Shown here: one piece after another, positions 9,970 through 24,002 of the stretch
Layout: every line of letters begins with the position of its first letter
Numbering within the stretch: the stretch's first letter is position 1
NCBI GenBank assembly: GCA_963851265.1
Contig: CAWKNZ010000002.1
Coordinates: 832,001-896,000 of the forward strand
From: an uncultured Gemmatimonadales bacterium
Lineage (GTDB): Bacteria > Gemmatimonadota > Gemmatimonadetes > Gemmatimonadales > Gemmatimonadaceae
Direction: 5' to 3'
DNA length: 64,000 bases
Position numbers and translations under genes: made by a program
Notes under the pieces: generated by a model
Database searches by the model: none
The model's input: the letters and a program-made list of their open reading frames with translations, nothing else
What the model was told of the DNA's origin: nothing

Positions 9970-10637
9970 CCGGGCCGGGCACGCCGCCGGCGGAGTCGTC
10001 GCGCGCCCGACCGGGTGGCACGGGAGGTAACATCTTCGCCTTCGACGACTACGTCCCGGTGGTGCACGAGAGCGCGTACGTGCACCCGAACGCGACGGTG
10101 ACAGGCAACGTGACGATCGGCCGCGATGTCTACGTTGGGCCCGGCGCGGCGATCCGAGGCGATTGGGGCGGTGTGGTGATCGAGGACGGATGCAACGTGC
10201 AGGAGAACTGCACGGTGCACATGTTCCCGGGCGTGACCGTGGTGCTCGAAGCGGGCGCACACGTCGGGCACGGGGCCGTGATCCACGGCGCGCGCCTCGG
10301 CCGCAACTGCTTGATCGGGATGAACGCCGTCGTGATGGACCGGGCGACGGTGGGAGCGGGCTCGGTGGTGGGCGCGCTCTGTTTGGTGCCGGCGGACATG
10401 CAGATTCCGGAGCGGAAGGTCGTGGTGGGCAACCCCGCACGGATCGTGAAGGACGTGAGCGACGAGATGCTCGCGTGGAAGACGGAAGGGACGGCGCTGT
10501 ACCAGGCGCTGCCAGGGCGGCTTCACGCGACGCTGCGGCCCGTGGACCCGCTTCGCGAGGTGACCGCCGGGCAGGCGCAGGCGCGCGCGCGACAGACCGC
10601 GGCGTACCGGACCTGGGCGGAGACCCGAGAGGGTTAG
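9966..10637 (+). CDS. paaY: PaaY-like hexapeptide-repeat (gamma-carbonic anhydrase family) protein
   Basis: PVVHESAYVHP, GPGAAIRGDWG, GCNVQENCTVH, VGHGAVIHG, WKTEGTALYQAL. Confidence 0.88.
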   Translation: MTGPGTPPAESSRARPGGTGGNIFAFDDYVPVVHESAYVHPNATVTGNVTIGRDVYVGPGAAIRGDWGGVVIEDGCNVQENCTVHMFPGVTVVLEAGAHVGHGAVIHGARLGRNCLIGMNAVVMDRATVGAGSVVGALCLVPADMQIPERKVVVGNPARIVKDVSDEMLAWKTEGTALYQALPGRLHATLRPVDPLREVTAGQAQARARQTAAYRTWAETREG

Positions 10638-10664
10638 TGCGCTCGAAGCCTCGCGCTGCAGCGG

Positions 10665-10783
10665 TGTCGTCCCGAGCGGAGCGAGGGACCTACCTTCAGG
10701 CGTGGCGCGGGTTGCTGACCGTGACTCGGAGCGCGTGCCCCGTCACTTCGGACGGTAGGCGCCTCGCTCCGTTCGGGACGACA
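10665..10783. repeat. REP/MITE-like palindromic element with 30-bp imperfect terminal inverted repeats
   Basis: TGTCGTCCCGAGCGGAGCGAGGGACCTACC (10665-10694) pairs with GGTAGGCGCCTCGCTCCGTTCGGGACGACA (10754-10783) at 27/30. Confidence 0.75.
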
Positions 10784-10812
10784 GCCTGCCGTCACTTCGT
10801 TTTCCCACGCCC

Positions 10813-12990
10813 ATGACCATCCGCTTCGACAACTACGCCCTCGACCACTGGGTCGCGGGAACCGGCGACTTCGCCACGTTGACCAACGCCGTCACCGGCG
10901 AGGTGATCGGCGAGGCGTCCAGCCGCGGGCTGGATTTCGCCGCGATGGCCGAGCACGCGCGGCGCGTCGGCGGGCCGGCGCTCCGCCGGATGACGTTCCA
11001 CCAGCGAGCGCGCATGCTCAAGGCACTCGCGCTCGCCCTCACCGCGCGCAAGGAGGAGTTCTACCGCGTGTCCGCGTGGACCGGCGCCACGTCGACCGAC
11101 CACTGGATCGACGTCGACGGCGGGATCGGGACGCTGTTCGCGTACGCGAGTCGTGGCCGGCGCGACTTCCCCGACGAGCCGTTCTTCGTCGACGGACCGG
11201 TCGAGGCGCTGTCGAAGGGCGGCGGGTTCGTGGGTCGCCACGTGTGCGTGCCGCTCGAGGGCGTGGCGGTGCACATCAACGCGTTCAACTTCCCCGTGTG
11301 GGGGATGCTCGAGAAGCTTTCGTGCGCGCTGCTCGCGGGAGTGCCGGCGATCGTGAAGCCGGCCACGGTCACCTGCTATCTCACGCAGGTGGTGTTCCGC
11401 GCCATGATCGACACGGGGCTGCTGCCGGCGGGGAGCGTGCAGCTGATCTGCGGCTCGGCCGGCGATCTGCTCGACCACCTGCGCGAGCAGGACACCGTGG
11501 CGTTCACCGGGAGCGCGGCGACGGGTCTCATGCTCCGCCGCACGCCGGCGATCATGGAGCACAACGTCCGGTTCAACCAGGAGGCCGACTCGCTGAACTA
11601 TTCGATGCTCGGCCCCGACGCGGCGCCCGGCACGCCCGAGTTCGACCTGTTCGTGAAGGAGGTCGCGCGCGAGATGACCGTCAAGGCGGGGCAGAAGTGC
11701 ACCGCGATCCGACGGAGCTTCGTGCCGGCCGCGATGGTCGACGACGTGGTGCGTGCGTTGGGCAAGCGGCTCGCGGGCACGCGCGTCGGCGACCCGGCCG
11801 TGGACGGCGTGCGCATGGGGCCGCTCGCCGGCCGGTCGCAGGTCCGCGAGGTCGGGAAGGCGCTCGCCGCGCTCGCCGACGGTGCGGAACTGGTGTACGG
11901 CGGCCGCCCCGAGGCGGACTTCGAGGTGGTCGGGGCGAACCGCGACGCCGGCGCGTTCTTCCCCATCACGCTGCTCTACAACGACCGCCCGTTCGAGCGC
12001 ACGACGCCGCACGACGTCGAGGCGTTCGGCCCGGTGAACACCGTGATGCCCTACGCGTCGGTCGACGAGGGCGTCGCGCTCGCGAAGCGCGGCCGCGGCT
12101 CGCTCGTCGGCTCGCTGTTCACGGCCGACGACGGCGTGGCGCGCGAGGTCGCGTTAGGCACGGCCGCGTACCACGGGCGCCTGCTGCTCGCCAACCGGCA
12201 CTCCGGCAAGGAGAGCACCGGCCACGGCTCGCCGCTGCCGCAGCTCGTGCACGGCGGGCCCGGCCGCGCGGGCGGCGGCGAGGAGATGGGCGGCGTGCGC
12301 GGCGTGCTGCACTACATGCAGCGGACGGCGATTCAGGGTTCGCCGACCACGGTGGCCGCGGTGACGCGCGAGTGGACGAAGGGCGCCGCCGCGCACACCG
12401 ACCGCGTGCACCCGTTCCGCAAGCATTTCGAGGAGCTCGTCGTGGGCGAGGTGTGGACGACGCACCGGCGGACGATCACGGAGGCCGACGTGGTCAACTT
12501 CGCCGGGCTGTCGGGCGACTTCTTCTACGCCCACACCGACGAGATCGCCGCGCGCGATTCGTTCTTCGGGCGCCGCGTCGCCCACGGGTACTTCGTCATC
12601 TCGGCCGCGGCGGGGCTGTTCGTCGATCCGGCGCCGGGACCGGTGATCGCCAACTACGGCCTGGAAGGGCTCCGCTTCGTGAAGCCGGTCTACATCGGCG
12701 ACACGATCCGCGTCCGCCTCGCGTGCAAGAGCAAGACGGCGAAGGACGATCGCGAGGGGGAGGTGCCGCAGGGTGTCGTCGCCTGGGACGTGGAGGTCAC
12801 CAACCAGGACGACGAGCCGGTGGCCGTGTATACCGTCCTGACGCTCGTTAGACGGCTGCAGCGCCTCGGCGCGGGCGACGCGAACGGCGTCGCGGTGCGC
12901 GATCTCGCCGACGAGGCGCCGGACGCGCTCCGACCCGCCGAGGTGCTCGTCCGCGAGCAGCGCGGTGACGCGCCCGCGCGGATGAACTGA
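10813..12990 (+). CDS. paaZ: Bifunctional oxepin-CoA hydrolase / aldehyde dehydrogenase PaaZ
   Basis: HINAFNFPVWGMLEK, FTGSA, EADSLN, KAGQKCTAIRR, HGGPGRAGGGEE, then a MaoC domain (SGDFFYAHTD, RVAHGY). Confidence 0.96.
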   Translation: MTIRFDNYALDHWVAGTGDFATLTNAVTGEVIGEASSRGLDFAAMAEHARRVGGPALRRMTFHQRARMLKALALALTARKEEFYRVSAWTGATSTDHWIDVDGGIGTLFAYASRGRRDFPDEPFFVDGPVEALSKGGGFVGRHVCVPLEGVAVHINAFNFPVWGMLEKLSCALLAGVPAIVKPATVTCYLTQVVFRAMIDTGLLPAGSVQLICGSAGDLLDHLREQDTVAFTGSAATGLMLRRTPAIMEHNVRFNQEADSLNYSMLGPDAAPGTPEFDLFVKEVAREMTVKAGQKCTAIRRSFVPAAMVDDVVRALGKRLAGTRVGDPAVDGVRMGPLAGRSQVREVGKALAALADGAELVYGGRPEADFEVVGANRDAGAFFPITLLYNDRPFERTTPHDVEAFGPVNTVMPYASVDEGVALAKRGRGSLVGSLFTADDGVAREVALGTAAYHGRLLLANRHSGKESTGHGSPLPQLVHGGPGRAGGGEEMGGVRGVLHYMQRTAIQGSPTTVAAVTREWTKGAAAHTDRVHPFRKHFEELVVGEVWTTHRRTITEADVVNFAGLSGDFFYAHTDEIAARDSFFGRRVAHGYFVISAAAGLFVDPAPGPVIANYGLEGLRFVKPVYIGDTIRVRLACKSKTAKDDREGEVPQGVVAWDVEVTNQDDEPVAVYTVLTLVRRLQRLGAGDANGVAVRDLADEAPDALRPAEVLVREQRGDAPARMN

Positions 12991-13005
12991 TCCCGATGTA
13001 ACGCG

Positions 13006-13035
13006 TCGTTGCGGAGCGTCGACGCTCCGCAACGA
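13006..13035. terminator. Perfect 30-bp palindrome between convergent genes
   Basis: TCGTTGCGGAGCGTC|GACGCTCCGCAACGA between the paaZ and kinase stop codons. Confidence 0.6.
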
Positions 13036-13040
13036 TGGCA

Positions 13041-16312
<3,272 letters not shown>

Positions 16313-16366
16313 CCGCGTATAGGTTGCGCGAGTGGGACGGCGCGCCCGCCGGTCTGGCGCGCCCGA

Positions 16367-16439
16367 TGGGGCGTAGCTGAGCTGGCAAAGCGTCCGACTG
16401 TTAATCGGAAGATCGGTGGTTCGAATCCACCCGCCCCAG
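16367..16439 (+). tRNA. tRNA-Asn(GTT)
   Basis: Acceptor TGGGGCG/CGCCCCA, anticodon arm TCCGA-CTGTTAA-TCGGA, T arm GGTGG-TTCGAAT-CCACC; CCA not encoded. Confidence 0.93.
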
Positions 16440-16635
16440 TCATCGCAGGTCGACGGACGCGGCGCCGCCCCGAACGCGGCGTCGCCACGAGCGCGGCGCC
16501 GCCCGTCCCCACCTCGGCGCCCGGACCCGAGGGTCCAAGCGGTGTCGCGCGACGGCCGTGCGCCGCGGTTCGACGCGGACCGTTCCGCGCCGCGCTCCGG
16601 ACGACCCCACGCCCTACCCCGCGGAGCCCCACGCC

Positions 16636-17922
16636 ATGCCCATCTACCACACGTTAGGCCGCGTGCCGCAGAAGCGGCACAGCGCGATGCGCAAGCCCGA
16701 CGGCGGCATCTACTCGGAGCAGCTCGTCGGGCACGAGGGGTTCACCGGCACCTCGGCGCTGCTCTACCACGTGCACCCGCCCACGACGGTGAAGAGCGTG
16801 CGCAAGCTGCGCGACCTCGTGTGGGAGGCGTCGGACGACGACACGCTCAAGCACCGGCATTTCCGCACCGCCCAGCTGCGGAAGGGCGGCAGCCCGACGC
16901 TCGACCGGATCCCGATGCTCTTCAACGCCGACGTGGCGATGCTCTACGTCGAGCCCGACGTCCAGGACGCGCACTTCTACCGAAACGCGCAGGCGGACGA
17001 GGTCGTGTACGTGGCGAAGGGGTCGGGCGTGCTGGAGTCGCAGTTCGGCAACCTGCCCTACGCCGACGGCGACTACGTCGTGATCCACCGCGGCATCCTG
17101 CACCGCTGGCGCATGGACGCGGACGTGCCGCAGAAGTTCCTCGTGATGGAGAGCCGCGGGCACGTGCGCTGGCCCAAGCGCTACCGAAACGACTACGGCC
17201 AGCTCGTCGAGGGCGCGCCGTATTCGGAGCGCGACATCCGGCGTCCGGCGGAGCTCGTCACGCACGACGAGATGGGCGACTTCCCGATCCTCATCAAGCA
17301 GTACGACGCGCTCTCCGAGTATGTACTCGACCACCACCCGTTCGACGTGGTCGGGTGGGACGGGCATTTCTATCCGTGGATCTTCAACATCCGCGACTTC
17401 GAGCCGATCGTCGGCCGGGTGCACCAGCCGCCGCCGGTGCACCAGACGTTCCAGGGCGACGGCTTCGTGATCTGCTCGTTCTGCCCGCGGCCCTTCGACT
17501 TCGGCGAGAACGCGATCCCCGCGCCCTACAACCACAGCAACGTCGACTCGGACGAGGTGATCTTCTACGCGTCCGAGGAGTTCATGAGCCGGAAGGGGAT
17601 CGAATTCGGTTCGGTGACGCACCACCCCGACGGCATCCCGCACGGCCCGCACCCCGGTCGCTACGAGGCCAGCATCGGGCAGAAGTGGACCAACGAGTAC
17701 GCCGTCATGATGGACTCGTTCCGCCCGCTGAAGGTCGCGAAGGCCACGTTAGGCGCCGAGGACCCGGCGTACCACCGCAGCTGGATCGAGGCGCAGCACG
17801 CGCGCGTCGCGGCGACCGGCGGCGGCGCGAACGGGAACGGGCACGAAGCGGCCGACGTTGTCGCGGACGACGAGGCCAACCGCGCGCGGACCGGCGCGGC
17901 CTCGATGCCGCTCACCGACTGA
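16636..17922 (+). CDS. hmgA: Homogentisate 1,2-dioxygenase
   Basis: FYRNAQADE, HHPFDVVGWDG, HQPPPVHQTF, CSFCPRP, PYNHSNVDSDEVIFY, HP.GIPHGPHP. Confidence 0.92.
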   Translation: MPIYHTLGRVPQKRHSAMRKPDGGIYSEQLVGHEGFTGTSALLYHVHPPTTVKSVRKLRDLVWEASDDDTLKHRHFRTAQLRKGGSPTLDRIPMLFNADVAMLYVEPDVQDAHFYRNAQADEVVYVAKGSGVLESQFGNLPYADGDYVVIHRGILHRWRMDADVPQKFLVMESRGHVRWPKRYRNDYGQLVEGAPYSERDIRRPAELVTHDEMGDFPILIKQYDALSEYVLDHHPFDVVGWDGHFYPWIFNIRDFEPIVGRVHQPPPVHQTFQGDGFVICSFCPRPFDFGENAIPAPYNHSNVDSDEVIFYASEEFMSRKGIEFGSVTHHPDGIPHGPHPGRYEASIGQKWTNEYAVMMDSFRPLKVAKATLGAEDPAYHRSWIEAQHARVAATGGGANGNGHEAADVVADDEANRARTGAASMPLTD

Positions 17923-17964
17923 CGCCCCACGTCGTCCCGGCACGACCCCCACGACCTCGACCGA

Positions 17965-19179
17965 ATGCCACGCCCGGCCGACCGCTTCCGCACGCTCCCC
18001 ACGTACCCCATGGCGCACGTGCCGGTGCGGAAGCGCGAGCTGCTCGCCGCCGGGCGCGACGTGATCGACCTCGGCCCCGGCGACGCCGACCTCCCGCCGC
18101 CCCCGGCCGCGGTCGAAGCGCTCCGCGCCGCGCTCGAGAACCCCGGGATGCACCGCTACGGCTTCGGGCTCGGCCACGTCCCGTTCCGCGAGGCGATCGC
18201 GCGGTGGATGCAGCGCCGCTTCGGGCTCGTCTTCGACCCGGCCGCGGAGGTCTGCCCGCTCATCGGCTCGAAGGAGGGGATCGTCCACCTCTGCACCGCG
18301 TACCTTCAGCGCGGCGAAGTGGCCGTCGTGCCCGAGCCCGGCTACCTGGCCTACGTCGGCGGCACCCTGCTCAACGAGGCGGAGGTGTACCCGTACCAGA
18401 TCCGCCCGCGCACGCAGTACCTGGTCGAACTCGAGGAGCTGCCGCCCGACGTGCTCCGGCGCGCCAAGGTCGTCTTCCTGAACTACCCCAACAACCCGAC
18501 CGCGGCGGTCGCGCCGCGCGACTACCTCGAGCGCACCGTTAGGCTCTGCCGCGAGCGCGACGTGCTGCTCGTCTACGACAACGCGTACTCCGAGATCGCC
18601 TTCGACGGCTACGTGCCGCCGAGCATCTTCGAGATTCCCGGGGCACGCGAGGTGGCCGTCGAGTTCCATTCGCTCAGCAAGACCTACAACATGACCGGCT
18701 GGCGGCAGGGCTGGGCCGTCGGGAACGCGGAGGCCATCGGCGCGCTCGCGAAGGTGAAGTCGTTCATCGACACCGGGTCGTTCATGGCGATCCAGGCCGC
18801 GGGCGTCGCCGCGCTCGAGAGCTGGGCCGAGTTCGTCCCCAAGAACGTCGCGACCTTCCGCGAACGGCGCGACGCGGGGGTGGAGGCGTTCCGCGCGGCG
18901 GGCTTCGCGTGCGAGTCGCCGAAGGCGGCGATGTATCTCTGGCTCGAGGTGCCCGACGGTATTCCGAGCCGCGAGTTCACCGACCGCCTGATGGACGACG
19001 AGGCGGTGATCACGATCGCCGGCTCGAGCTTCGGTGCCGGCGGGGAGGGCTTCTTCCGCGTATCGCTCATCGTGCCCCCGGAGCGGCTCCGCGACGCGGC
19101 CGCGCGCGCCGCACGCGTGCTCGCGGCGATGCGCGCGGAACGCGCGGCGGGCGCCGGCGTCGCGGCGCTCGCCGCCTAA
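17965..19179 (+). CDS. Class I/II PLP-dependent aminotransferase (LL-DAP aminotransferase-like)
   Basis: [40 protein letters not shown] (PLP lysine), GEGFFRVSL. Confidence 0.9.
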   Translation: MPRPADRFRTLPTYPMAHVPVRKRELLAAGRDVIDLGPGDADLPPPPAAVEALRAALENPGMHRYGFGLGHVPFREAIARWMQRRFGLVFDPAAEVCPLIGSKEGIVHLCTAYLQRGEVAVVPEPGYLAYVGGTLLNEAEVYPYQIRPRTQYLVELEELPPDVLRRAKVVFLNYPNNPTAAVAPRDYLERTVRLCRERDVLLVYDNAYSEIAFDGYVPPSIFEIPGAREVAVEFHSLSKTYNMTGWRQGWAVGNAEAIGALAKVKSFIDTGSFMAIQAAGVAALESWAEFVPKNVATFRERRDAGVEAFRAAGFACESPKAAMYLWLEVPDGIPSREFTDRLMDDEAVITIAGSSFGAGGEGFFRVSLIVPPERLRDAAARAARVLAAMRAERAAGAGVAALAA

Positions 19180-19189
19180 CGCCCGGGCG

Positions 19190-20638
19190 ATGGCCGACGG
19201 GGGCGCCGGCGGGGACGCCGAGACGTGTGACGTCGTCGTGCTCGGGGCCGGGGCCGCCGGACTGGCCGCGGCGCGCGCACTCGCCGACGCGGGCCGGCGG
19301 GTCGTCGTTCTCGAGGCGCGCGACCGCATCGGCGGGCGCATCGACACGGCGCACGTGCCCGACGTCGGCGCGCCGATCGAACTCGGCGCCGAGTTCGTGC
19401 ACGGCGACCCGCCGGAGTTGTGGGAGATCGCCGAAGCGGCCGCGCTGCACGTGTGCGACGCCGAGGAAGCGCACGTCGCGCGCGACGGGGACCGCCTCGT
19501 GCAACGGGCAGACTTCGGCGGCGAGATGGGCGAGGTGCTCGCCGCGCTCACCGCCGAGGCGACGCGTGCCGGCGGACGCGACGTGAGCGTGGCGACGTTC
19601 CTCGCGTCGCACTTCGGCGGCGTCGAGCACGCCGACGCTCGCCGGATGGCGACGGCATACGTCGAGGGATTCCATGCCGCGGACGTCGCCGACGCCGGAA
19701 TCCAGCCGCTCGCTCGTGCCGAGGGCGAGGCGTCGGGGAACGACGCGGCGTACCGGATCGTCGACGGCTACGCGCGCGTGCCCGAGTGGCTGTACGACGG
19801 CCGCGCCACGCGTCCGGCGCTCGACGTGCGGCTCGGTCACGTGGTCGAGGAGGTGGCGTGGGGCGCCGCGGGCGTGCGGGTGCGCGCCTCCGTGCCGGGC
19901 GGCGCGCGCGAGGTGCGCGCGAGGTGCGCGGTGGTCACGCTGCCGCTCAGCGTGCTCGGCGCGTCGGTCGACGGCGCCGCGCGAACGTCCGACGCGCTCA
20001 CGGGTCATGCGCCAGTGTCGGGCGCGCCGCGGCGCGCCACGGGCGACGTGCGCTTCGACCCGCCGCTCGACGCCAAGCGCGGCGCCCTGGCCGGGCTCGC
20101 GATGGGACAGGTCGCGCGCATGGTGCTGCGTTTCCGGCGGCGATTCTGGGAAGACCCGAAGACCGTTCCCGCGCTCGCGCAGGATGAGGCGGGCGTGACG
20201 CTCGCCTTCATGCACACGCCCGAACTCGACGTCCCGGTGTGGTGGACGCTTCGTGCCCTTCGCGCGCCCGTGCTCGTCGCGTGGTCCGGCGCGAGCAAGG
20301 CCCGCGCACTCCTCGCGCTCGAGCCCGGCGCGCGACGGGAGTGTGTGCTCGGCGCGCTCGCGACCGCGCTCGGCGTCGCGCGCTCGACGATCGACGCCGA
20401 GTTCGTGGCCGCGTACGAGCACGACTGGTCGCGCGACCCGTTGGCGCGGGGCGCGTACAGCTACGCGCGGGTGGGCGGCCGCGACGCGTTCGCCGCGCTC
20501 GCGCGCCCGCTCGGCTCGCTCGTGTTCGCAGGCGAAGCGACCGCGGCCGACGGGAATTGGGGCACGGTTCACGGTGCGATCCACAGCGGCCGCCGGGCGG
20601 CGGACGAGGCCCTCGCCCTGCTCGCGCGGCCGGCGTAA
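19190..20638 (+). CDS. Flavin monoamine oxidase family protein
   Basis: [60 protein letters not shown]. Confidence 0.88.
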   Translation: MADGGAGGDAETCDVVVLGAGAAGLAAARALADAGRRVVVLEARDRIGGRIDTAHVPDVGAPIELGAEFVHGDPPELWEIAEAAALHVCDAEEAHVARDGDRLVQRADFGGEMGEVLAALTAEATRAGGRDVSVATFLASHFGGVEHADARRMATAYVEGFHAADVADAGIQPLARAEGEASGNDAAYRIVDGYARVPEWLYDGRATRPALDVRLGHVVEEVAWGAAGVRVRASVPGGAREVRARCAVVTLPLSVLGASVDGAARTSDALTGHAPVSGAPRRATGDVRFDPPLDAKRGALAGLAMGQVARMVLRFRRRFWEDPKTVPALAQDEAGVTLAFMHTPELDVPVWWTLRALRAPVLVAWSGASKARALLALEPGARRECVLGALATALGVARSTIDAEFVAAYEHDWSRDPLARGAYSYARVGGRDAFAALARPLGSLVFAGEATAADGNWGTVHGAIHSGRRAADEALALLARPA

Positions 20639-20647
20639 CGTTCGCGC

Positions 20648-22258
20648 ATGTGGTCTGATCGTGTTACCGCGCCCGCGGCGCGCTCCGTCGTGCGCCGCGC
20701 GGCCGCGCTCGCGGCTGTGGTTCTGCTCGCCGCGTGCGGCCGCACGCCGCCGCCCCCTGCCGAGGCGCCCCGCCCCGTGCTCGTCGCCGCGCCCGAGCCG
20801 CCCGCCGTCGCGCGCGAGTTCCGCGCGGCGTGGGTCGCCACGGTGGGCAACATCGACTGGCCATCCAAACCTGGGCTCAGCAGCGCGCAGCAGCGGGCCG
20901 AGATGGTCGCCCTGCTCGACCGCGCCGCGGGGCTGCACCTGAACGCGATCATCCTGCAGGTGCGCCCCGCGGCCGACGCGTTCTACGACTCGCCGCACGA
21001 GCCGTGGTCCGAGTACCTGACCGGGCAGATGGGGCGAGCGCCCGCGCCGTACTACGACCCGCTCGCGTTCGCGATCGCCGAGGCGCACAAGCGCGGGCTC
21101 GAGCTCCACGCGTGGTTCAACCCGTACCGGGCGCGGAACGACGCGCCGCGCGGCGCGGCCTCGGCTTCGCACGTCACGCTCGCGAAGCCCGAGATCGTGC
21201 GGAGCTATGCCGGCTTCCGCTGGATGGACCCCGGCGAGCCCGAGACGCGCGCGCAATCGCTGCGCGTCATCACCGACGTCGTGCGGCGCTACGACGTCGA
21301 CGGCGTGCACATCGACGACTATTTCTACCCGTACCCCGAGAACGACCCGGCCACCAAGCGGCCGGCGCCCTTCCCCGACTCGGTGAGCTACGCGCGGTAC
21401 GTGGCCGACGGCGGGACGCTCGCGCGCGACGACTGGCGTCGGGCCAACGTCGACGCGTTCGTGCACGCGATGTACGACTCGGTGCACGCGGCGAAGGCGT
21501 GGGTCAAGGTCGGCATCAGCCCGTTCGGCATCTACCGGCCGAAGGAGCCGGCGAACGCGTGCTGCTTCGACGCGTACGCCAAGCTCTACGCGGACTCGCG
21601 GCGGTGGTGGCGCGAGGGGTGGGCCGACTATTTCACCCCGCAGCTCTATTGGAAGATCGCGGCGCGTCAGCAGAGCTACCCCGAACTGCTGGCGTGGTGG
21701 GCCGCGGAGAATCGGCGCGGGCGCAATCTGTGGCCCGGCAACTACCTGTCGCGGGTGGGAACGCGCCCGAGCGACTGGCGCGTCGCCGAGATCGACTCGC
21801 AGATCGCGGTGACGCGCGCGCAGCGAGGCGCGGGCGGCAACGTCTGGTTCAGCATGCAGACGTTCATGCGCAACACCGCGGGCGTCGCCGACTCGCTGCG
21901 CGCGGGGCCGTACGCGGCGCCCGCGCTCGTGCCGGCGTCGCCGTGGCTGCCGGGGCGGGCGCCGACCGCGCCGGCGGTCGCGATCGCGCGGAGCGGGCGC
22001 CCCCACGTCACGCTCGAGCCCGGCGCAGGCGACCCGGAGCCGTGGCTCTGGGTCGTGCAGCTCCGCGAGGGAGACCGGTGGGACACGGTCGTGCTCCCCG
22101 GGAGCGCGCGCGAGTACGTGCCCGTGCGGAGCGCGTACGCGGGCGGCGACGCGCCCGGGCCCGACGAGGTGCGCGCGTACGGCGTCGACCGTACCGGGCG
22201 CGACGGCCCGGCGGGGCGCGCGGGTTCGGCGACGCGCGTCGCCGCGGGCGACCGTTAG
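20648..22258 (+). CDS. Glycoside hydrolase-like 10 (YddW/DigH family) lipoprotein
   Basis: Lipobox LLAAC; REFRAAWVATV.NIDWPS, LQVRP, ELHAWFNPYR, YDVDGVHIDDYFYPY, GISPFG, PQLYW. Confidence 0.9.
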   Translation: MWSDRVTAPAARSVVRRAAALAAVVLLAACGRTPPPPAEAPRPVLVAAPEPPAVAREFRAAWVATVGNIDWPSKPGLSSAQQRAEMVALLDRAAGLHLNAIILQVRPAADAFYDSPHEPWSEYLTGQMGRAPAPYYDPLAFAIAEAHKRGLELHAWFNPYRARNDAPRGAASASHVTLAKPEIVRSYAGFRWMDPGEPETRAQSLRVITDVVRRYDVDGVHIDDYFYPYPENDPATKRPAPFPDSVSYARYVADGGTLARDDWRRANVDAFVHAMYDSVHAAKAWVKVGISPFGIYRPKEPANACCFDAYAKLYADSRRWWREGWADYFTPQLYWKIAARQQSYPELLAWWAAENRRGRNLWPGNYLSRVGTRPSDWRVAEIDSQIAVTRAQRGAGGNVWFSMQTFMRNTAGVADSLRAGPYAAPALVPASPWLPGRAPTAPAVAIARSGRPHVTLEPGAGDPEPWLWVVQLREGDRWDTVVLPGSAREYVPVRSAYAGGDAPGPDEVRAYGVDRTGRDGPAGRAGSATRVAAGDR

Positions 22259-22267
22259 GCGAGAACC

Positions 22268-22669
22268 ATGGCGTCGTCCCGGCGTCCGCCGTTCTTCTAC
22301 CGCGAGACCGAGGGGGTCCGCGTCACCGTGCGCCCGTCGTACCTCCGCGAACAGTCCCGACCCGCGGCGGGGCAGTACGTGTTCGCCTACCACATCCGGA
22401 TCGAGAACGTCGGGCCAGTGGCGGCGCAACTCCTCGCGCGGCGGTGGACGATCACCGACTCGACGGGCGAGGTGACAGAGGTGGAGGGCGAGGGCGTCGT
22501 CGGCGAGCAGCCGGTCCTGCACCCCGGCCGCGTGCACGAGTACCGGAGTTTCTGCGTGCTGAAGTCCGAACGCGGGCACATGGAGGGGCGCTACCGGTTC
22601 GTGCGCGCGGACGGCGACCTGTTCGACGTCGACGTCCCGCGGTTCACGCTCGACGCCGCCATCGAGTGA
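22268..22669 (+). CDS. apaG: ApaG protein
   Basis: YVFAYHIRIEN, QLLARRWTITD, EVEGEGVVGEQPVL, GHMEGRY. Confidence 0.93.
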   Translation: MASSRRPPFFYRETEGVRVTVRPSYLREQSRPAAGQYVFAYHIRIENVGPVAAQLLARRWTITDSTGEVTEVEGEGVVGEQPVLHPGRVHEYRSFCVLKSERGHMEGRYRFVRADGDLFDVDVPRFTLDAAIE

Positions 22670-22690
22670 TCGCGTGGCGCCCTGTCGCGC

Positions 22691-22734
22691 GTAACGCGCC
22701 GTGTCACGCGCCTTGTCACGCGCCTTGTCACGCG
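22691..22734. repeat. 12-bp tandem repeat, about 3.7 copies (GTCACGCGCCTT)
   Basis: gtaacgcgccgt gtcacgcgcctt gtcacgcgcctt gtcacgcg. Confidence 0.8.
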
Positions 22735-23141
22735 TCGAGGGCGCGGATGGGGATGGTCGCCTCGAACGGGGCGTAGAGCGCGGCGAACGCGCGCGGCGGC
22801 AGCACGTCGCGGACGACGAGCGCGAGCAGCGCGGCGAGCGCCGCCTCGGCGACGGGGTGGAGCGCGTCGTCGTCGCGCCGGACGAGCTGGGCGAGCGGAC
22901 CGAGCACCGCGTCGCGCTCCGCGGTGCGGCCGGCGCGCTCGACGGCGCGGGCGAGGTCGCGGTCGGCCGCGACCGCCGCGACGGTTCCCGCGACGGCCGC
23001 ATAGGCGTCCGCCGCCGCGTCCCACTCGCCCGGGGCGAGGGCGGCGAATCGCTGCAGGAACCGGCGCACGGCGGCGGTCTGCGGGCCGTACGGGGCGGCG
23101 GACACGGGCGCGGGGCCCTCGGGCGTGCCGGGTGCGGTCAT
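22728..23141 (-). CDS. Hypothetical protein
   Basis: Ala-rich helical ORF with GC3-biased codons filling the gap between apaG and infA. Confidence 0.65.
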   Translation of the reverse strand: MTAPGTPEGPAPVSAAPYGPQTAAVRRFLQRFAALAPGEWDAAADAYAAVAGTVAAVAADRDLARAVERAGRTAERDAVLGPLAQLVRRDDDALHPVAEAALAALLALVVRDVLPPRAFAALYAPFEATIPIRALDA

Positions 23142-23253
23142 CCCCGTTATCTTATCGGGGTGTGACGATTGGGCGTGCGCGCCCCACGTCGCCCGTCACG
23201 CGCGAGCGCGCGGGGCGGCACACCCGTTCTCCCGACACCCCACGCCCCACCGT

Positions 23254-23475
23254 ATGGCAAAGCAAGACGCGATCGAGCTCGAAGGCACCGTGGCCGAAGT
23301 GCTGCCCAACGCCACCTTCCGGGTCGAGACCAAGGCCGGTCACCAGGTGCTCGCGACGCTCGCCGGCAACATGCGCCGGTTCCGCATCCGCGTCCTGCAG
23401 GGCGACCGCGTGACGCTCGAGGTCTCGCCGTACGACCTCACCCGCGGACGCATCACGTTCCGTCACAAGGTCTGA
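23254..23475 (+). CDS. infA: Translation initiation factor IF-1
   Basis: [57 protein letters not shown]. Confidence 0.96.
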   Translation: MAKQDAIELEGTVAEVLPNATFRVETKAGHQVLATLAGNMRRFRIRVLQGDRVTLEVSPYDLTRGRITFRHKV

Positions 23476-23617
23476 CCGACCGCTCCCGGCGGTCCCGACG
23501 TCCATCGTGCCCGGCGGCCACACGGCTGCCGGGCACGATCCGTGTACGGAAGCCGCCTTCGGTCCGGCGCGCCGCACGCCTCGCCGCCGGCCGGCACACC
23601 ACACACGGGAGACAGTA

Positions 23618-23962
23618 ATGGCAGACACCACGATCACGAAGATCGATTCGCGCCACTCGCCGCACGGCGCGATGGGGCAGAAGTACCTCGCGACGGGCAA
23701 GCGCCTCGGCATGCGGCTCTGGGAGAACGAGGAGCCCTCGGAGCCGAAGCCCCCCGCGGCCCGCGCGTACGAGACGATCGGCTACGTGGTCTCGGGTCGC
23801 GCCGAGCTGCACTCCGAGGGGCAGGTCGTGATCCTGGAACCCGGAAACTCGTGGGTCGTGCCCGAGGGCGCGTCACACACGTACAAGATTCTCGAGCCGT
23901 TCACGGCCGTCGAGGTGACGGCGCCCCCCGCGCAGGCGCACGGCCGCGACGAGCCGGCCTAA
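23618..23962 (+). CDS. Cupin domain protein
   Basis: GMRLWENE..YETIGYVVSGRAEL..LEPGNSWVVPEGASHTY; GGAG RBS. Confidence 0.85.
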   Translation: MADTTITKIDSRHSPHGAMGQKYLATGKRLGMRLWENEEPSEPKPPAARAYETIGYVVSGRAELHSEGQVVILEPGNSWVVPEGASHTYKILEPFTAVEVTAPPAQAHGRDEPA

Positions 23963-24002
23963 CGGTCGGCCGGGCGCGGCCCGCTCGGGCGGCCGGCGTC
24001 GC

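Noticed and set aside
19067..23002. Very long alternative ORFs, e.g. 19067..23002 (-), 59277..63020 (+), 12154..14880 (-)
   Set aside because: They are Arg/Ala/Pro-rich shadow frames of well-supported genes, expected at very high GC, with no recognisable motifs.
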